Source: a virus
Virus record (IMG/VR): IMGVR_UViG_3300001765_000052
Length of the DNA stretch: 64,000 nt
Direction: 5' to 3' (one strand)
Shown: positions 60,192 through 64,000 of the stretch, in pieces
Layout of the letters: every line of letters begins with the position of its first letter
Position numbering within the stretch: position 1 is the first letter of the stretch
Translations under genes and position numbers: made by a program
Notes under the pieces: model-generated
What the model was told of the DNA's origin: nothing
The model's input: only the letters and a program-made list of their open reading frames with translations
Databases searched by the model: none

Positions 60192-61495
60192 ATAAGAAAG
60201 ATTTATTTATAAAAGCGATGAAAGCTAAATGCTACGAACGTTTAGCTTGGAGTATGGCTGCTTTTTGTATCGTTCGAGAAAACGAAGAAGAATACAAGAA
60301 AGAGCCCTACCCTTATAGATTAGTACAAACACCAGTTGGTTTTTTCTTTTGTGATCCAGAATCAGGTAATACTTTAACAAAAATCGATGATTTTGTAGCA
60401 GGTGAACCACTTTATAAACCAAAAGATAGATTAGATATTACACCTGACGATATACCTAACTTAACCCAAAACATAAATACAAGTTATGGTAATTTACTTG
60501 TAAATTGGATTACTTTGGTAAATTCTTTTGGTAAAAAAATACCGTATCAAGAAGGTCTATTTTCTATATCTAAAATAGAAAAGATGATAGTTAATTCTAT
60601 TGAAGCTACACCTGATAATATTGCTGACAAAAAAGATGATGTAGTATATATTGACGAGTATGTAAAATTTGGAAATTCTGTTTTCTTTTTAACTGGGTTT
60701 TCTCAGATATGTATTTGGACTGCAACTGAAAAATCATTAGTACCACCTCCAGGATTAAATGAATATAAAGAAAAATTGTTAGCGGAAAATGCAGGTCAAT
60801 TAAATAAAGCTAGTGTGATTGCAAAAATAGATTCACAATTAATGGATTTTGATAAAGAATATCTTAAAGGCGATCCAGTTAATAATTTTCTGATATCTGG
60901 TAAATCTAGAAGCACTAGAAAAAAACTCTATTTAATGCATGGCGCGGAAGTAGATCCAAATGGAAATGGTATTGATGTTCAATTGATAAAGAATTCATTG
61001 GATGAAGGTTGGGATTTAAATGCATTTCCAGCTATGAATAATTCACTTAGAATGGCTTCATTTAATCGCGGTCAAGAAACTGCACTAGGTGGTGTTGCAG
61101 TAAAATGGTTACTTAGAGCATCTACCAATTTAAATGTAACAGAAGATGACTGTGGTAGTAAAATAGGAAAAGTTTTAACTGTAGATGATAATAATAAAAA
61201 AGACTTAATTGGTTTTAATGTTATTATGAATGAAGGTAGTAAAACAGTTGTGGACGAAGCCGATGCATCTTCTTATCTAGGTAAAAAGATCATGGTGAGA
61301 TCTCCTATGTATTGTAAATTACCGTTAACTGATCTATGTAAGGTTTGCGTAGGTAAACGCTTATCTTTAAATTCAAATGGTTTAAGTACTGCTGTTAGTG
61401 AATATGGCAGTTCATTTTTGTTAATATATTTGAAGGCGGCTCATGGGAGAACACTATCATTAGCTAAAATGGATTATAAAACAGCAATAAATTAA
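60188..61495 (+). CDS. Virion RNAP beta' fragment (gp80-like)
   Basis: NSL.EGW, R..SF.RG.ET..GG, EDDCGS, RSPMYC..LCKVC.G, LKAAHG. Confidence 0.8.
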   Translation: MNKKDLFIKAMKAKCYERLAWSMAAFCIVRENEEEYKKEPYPYRLVQTPVGFFFCDPESGNTLTKIDDFVAGEPLYKPKDRLDITPDDIPNLTQNINTSYGNLLVNWITLVNSFGKKIPYQEGLFSISKIEKMIVNSIEATPDNIADKKDDVVYIDEYVKFGNSVFFLTGFSQICIWTATEKSLVPPPGLNEYKEKLLAENAGQLNKASVIAKIDSQLMDFDKEYLKGDPVNNFLISGKSRSTRKKLYLMHGAEVDPNGNGIDVQLIKNSLDEGWDLNAFPAMNNSLRMASFNRGQETALGGVAVKWLLRASTNLNVTEDDCGSKIGKVLTVDDNNKKDLIGFNVIMNEGSKTVVDEADASSYLGKKIMVRSPMYCKLPLTDLCKVCVGKRLSLNSNGLSTAVSEYGSSFLLIYLKAAHGRTLSLAKMDYKTAIN

Positions 61496-61564
61496 AAATA
61501 GTTCAACATAGTCTGAGTGCTAATTAGCGCTATATCTTTTAATATTAATTTAGGAAATTAAAAA

Positions 61565-62263
61565 ATGTCTCTTCCCAATGAAAAGCCAGTACAAGCTAAA
61601 CCACCCATCATTTTAAAAACAGAACCAACAGCTATTATTGCACCTGTTGTTAATCCTGTACTAGAACCTATTATTGAGCCAACTACATCTGGTACAGTGG
61701 TGGCAAAATCTAATGTACCTGTAGGTACAGTATCTACACAAGAAGAAATAAAAGCAGTTATCGAAGAAAAGAAATTGCACGCTGGTGGTTTAATGTTAAC
61801 TAAAGAAGTTTCTTCTTTAATTGATAGAATAGCCGCCACTAAAAATCAAGTAGCAATTAACAACATCGAAGAAGTTAAAGCATATATGCTAGCTATGGCA
61901 CCTGGTCGCACTATGACTCAAGAAGATGGTAGCCGCAATCAAGTTACTTTCTTTAGAACTATTCGCTCTATTATTGAATTTACTGGTGCAGAATTTCAAT
62001 TGAGTTTTGTAACTTTATTGCGCTTATTCGATGAATTTAAAGATGATGTATTCCATGAACGTTATGTGTTTCGTTTTATGGATCACGTTGCTCTTCCACA
62101 AGAAGAGCGCTGGGCATATGAGCGCATTGTTAACTTACTTAAGATTGCTGCACCTGTTCAAGGTAGAAAAGAAGCTTTACGTCAAGTTAATTTTCAAAAG
62201 ACTTTACAACATTCCTTTAGCGACGAAGGTAGAAGAAAAGTATTATCATTCTTTAATGTTTAA
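61565..62263 (+). CDS. Hypothetical protein
   Basis: 232-aa ORF with RBS; P-rich N-terminus. Confidence 0.55.
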   Translation: MSLPNEKPVQAKPPIILKTEPTAIIAPVVNPVLEPIIEPTTSGTVVAKSNVPVGTVSTQEEIKAVIEEKKLHAGGLMLTKEVSSLIDRIAATKNQVAINNIEEVKAYMLAMAPGRTMTQEDGSRNQVTFFRTIRSIIEFTGAEFQLSFVTLLRLFDEFKDDVFHERYVFRFMDHVALPQEERWAYERIVNLLKIAAPVQGRKEALRQVNFQKTLQHSFSDEGRRKVLSFFNV

Positions 62264-62309
62264 TTAGAATACCTACTATCGTTTTCCTAACTATAGGAAA
62301 ACGATAGTA

Positions 62310-62345
62310 TATTCTAGAATTTTTCAGTCATATATCACTAAATTG
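62310..62345 (+). promoter_or_regulatory. Early-type promoter
   Basis: tattctagaatttttcagtcatatatcacta (TATATCAC variant) directly after hairpin 62274-62309. Confidence 0.6.
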
Positions 62346-62399
62346 AATTAGAAACAGTAATGTCTTACTGTAGGGTTCGTATCTTTGAAAGGATATATC

Positions 62400-62741
62400 A
62401 TGTCGATAGTCAAATTTCTCGCCTCTGCGTTTAGTTTCAATATGCTTACAAGCATGGACGCCACGGTGAAAACCACTGTGTTGAATGCGCAAAGAGCGCG
62501 CGGATATCTTCTTGACTTTCCTGGTTATGTGTCAGCTATTGGACATGCAAGCTCAGTGGGGCTCTTCGGAGCCCTCCTGGGAATGGATGTCACACCTCCA
62601 GAAGGGCGCATGACTGTCAAAGTTGGGGTCGGGGAAGCAATTATTGTTGGGCAATATTCTGGACCCCGGTTAGAAGTGGGAGTAACTACTCTCCCTGAAG
62701 GAGCTACAATTATATGGCTTCTGGTAGAAATTATTGATTGA
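62400..62741 (+). CDS. acrIII-1: DUF1874 (STIV B116-like) protein, AcrIII-1-type cA4 ring nuclease
   Basis: FLASAFSFNML, SAIGH (catalytic His), R, RLEVG match the recalled SIRV1 gp29 pattern LANAFSINML / SIGH / NR / RLEEG; 113 aa. Confidence 0.8.
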   Translation: MSIVKFLASAFSFNMLTSMDATVKTTVLNAQRARGYLLDFPGYVSAIGHASSVGLFGALLGMDVTPPEGRMTVKVGVGEAIIVGQYSGPRLEVGVTTLPEGATIIWLLVEIID

Positions 62742-62762
62742 TTGATCCTTTGGGGTTAATCA

Positions 62763-62790
62763 AAAGAAAACCCTCCGGGTTTTCTTTTTT
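62763..62790 (+). terminator. Intrinsic terminator
   Basis: aagaaaaccc tcc gggttttctt followed by Ts. Confidence 0.7.
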
Positions 62791-62823
62791 GTTTAAATTG
62801 TATGCATTAATTAATAAAACAAT

Positions 62824-63471
62824 ATGAAAATTGGAATATTTACACCTACATATAACAGACCTGATTTCATTCGTAACCTAGTATTACAAATAAATAATCA
62901 GATATTAAAACCTAGTATTTTAGTAATACATCAAAATGGACAGGTCGAAAATTATAAGTGGGTTATTAAAGACATTAAAGCACAATTTGAAATAAAATGG
63001 ATTCATACTAATGTAACACTACCTCAAGACAAATGGTATTCTATTCCATTACAACATTTAGTAAATGTGGATTGTGAGTATTATTTCTGGTGTGATCACG
63101 ATGACATCTATTTTAATGACCATATAGCAGAAGGTATTAGTACCCTTATGTCGGGGTACGATTATACTATAAATAGCCATACTGGTTTATTACTGCTTAA
63201 GAAAGCAGGTTACACTTTTGATCCAAATATGCGATTTAAATCACATGAAGAAAATGGACATTCAAGTTCAATGTGTTTTAATAAAAAGTTTGCAATAGAA
63301 TTACTGAGTGACTTATATAACAATAATAGTAAAATAAATTCAGATGTAGTAGTGAGTCAGATAACAAAGAAAAAATTTAGACATTTATTAAAAAATACAG
63401 ACAAACATCCTACGACTGTTTATGTGTGTCATTCACATACTGTAACGTCTAGTCATTTACTTAAAGAATAA
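62824..63471 (+). CDS. GT2-like (GT-A fold) glycosyltransferase
   Basis: IFTPTYNRP, FWCDHDD (DxD). Confidence 0.8.
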   Translation: MKIGIFTPTYNRPDFIRNLVLQINNQILKPSILVIHQNGQVENYKWVIKDIKAQFEIKWIHTNVTLPQDKWYSIPLQHLVNVDCEYYFWCDHDDIYFNDHIAEGISTLMSGYDYTINSHTGLLLLKKAGYTFDPNMRFKSHEENGHSSSMCFNKKFAIELLSDLYNNNSKINSDVVVSQITKKKFRHLLKNTDKHPTTVYVCHSHTVTSSHLLKE

Positions 63472-63473
63472 AT

Positions 63474-64000
63474 ATGAAAATAGGAGTAATTACACCTACT
63501 AGATGTAGACCACATTTGATTAGACATACTGTTTTACAGATGCAAAATCAATTTATAAAACCAGATGTAATGGCTATACATCAAAATGGATTACTTGATA
63601 ACTACGAGTGGGCAGTATTTGACTTAAAAACGGATTTTGAAATAAAATGGTTACATACTGAAGAGAATATATGTACCAGTAAAGCTTATCAAATACCTTT
63701 AGAATATTTGATAGATCAAGATTGCACTCATTATTTTTGGGTAGACGATGATGATATATATTTCAATACACACATTAAAGAAAGCATCTGTATATTAAAT
63801 GCAGGGTTTGATTTTACAGTTAATAAATACAGCCATTTATTAAAAGTATATTCGCACAAATTTAGTTTATCCAAGTCAGTGGAATTTATTGCACATGGAC
63901 CTGGTGGTCAATGTAGCAGTATGAGTTTTAATAGAAGATTTGCAATAGAGTTATTAAGTGACTTTAAGAAATACGGACATTTAAACAGTATTGCTGATGT
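63474..64000 (+). CDS. Second GT2-like glycosyltransferase, truncated by the window end
   Basis: Translated manually: MKIGVITPTRCRP...IHQNG...FWVDDDD; paralog of the previous gene. Confidence 0.8.
   Translation, partial: MKIGVITPTRCRPHLIRHTVLQMQNQFIKPDVMAIHQNGLLDNYEWAVFDLKTDFEIKWLHTEENICTSKAYQIPLEYLIDQDCTHYFWVDDDDIYFNTHIKESICILNAGFDFTVNKYSHLLKVYSHKFSLSKSVEFIAHGPGGQCSSMSFNRRFAIELLSDFKKYGHLNSIAD

Overview
AT-rich (roughly 30% GC by eye) segment of a phiKZ-like, nucleus-forming jumbo phage (Chimalliviridae-like), read in the standard genetic code; spanin genes suggest a Gram-negative host. The core block contains large terminase, PhuZ tubulin, a family-B DNA polymerase subunit, chimallin, non-virion RNA polymerase subunits (beta', beta, sigma-like), an SbcD-like nuclease, a PicA/Imp1-like importer, an SF2 helicase, RuvC, spanins and a virion RNAP beta' fragment. 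phiKZ gene numbers below come from recalled synteny and motifs, not from a search. Main observations: (1) the RNAP catalytic motif NADFDGD is split by two tandem group I introns around a 12-nt micro-exon (DFDG); (2) a stand-alone DUF1874/AcrIII-1-like ring nuclease gene has its own early-type promoter and terminator; (3) two inverted paralogous Ig-repeat adhesin genes about 42 kb apart share a ~120-bp identical core, each copy broken by a different indel so that one crossover would rebuild an intact gene; (4) two free-standing GIY-YIG genes are flanked by 32- and 44-bp direct repeats of host-gene ends; (5) two canonical -1 slippery sites lead into start-less reading frames; (6) a candidate structured ncRNA shares a 26-bp promoter with the anti-CRISPR-like gene.
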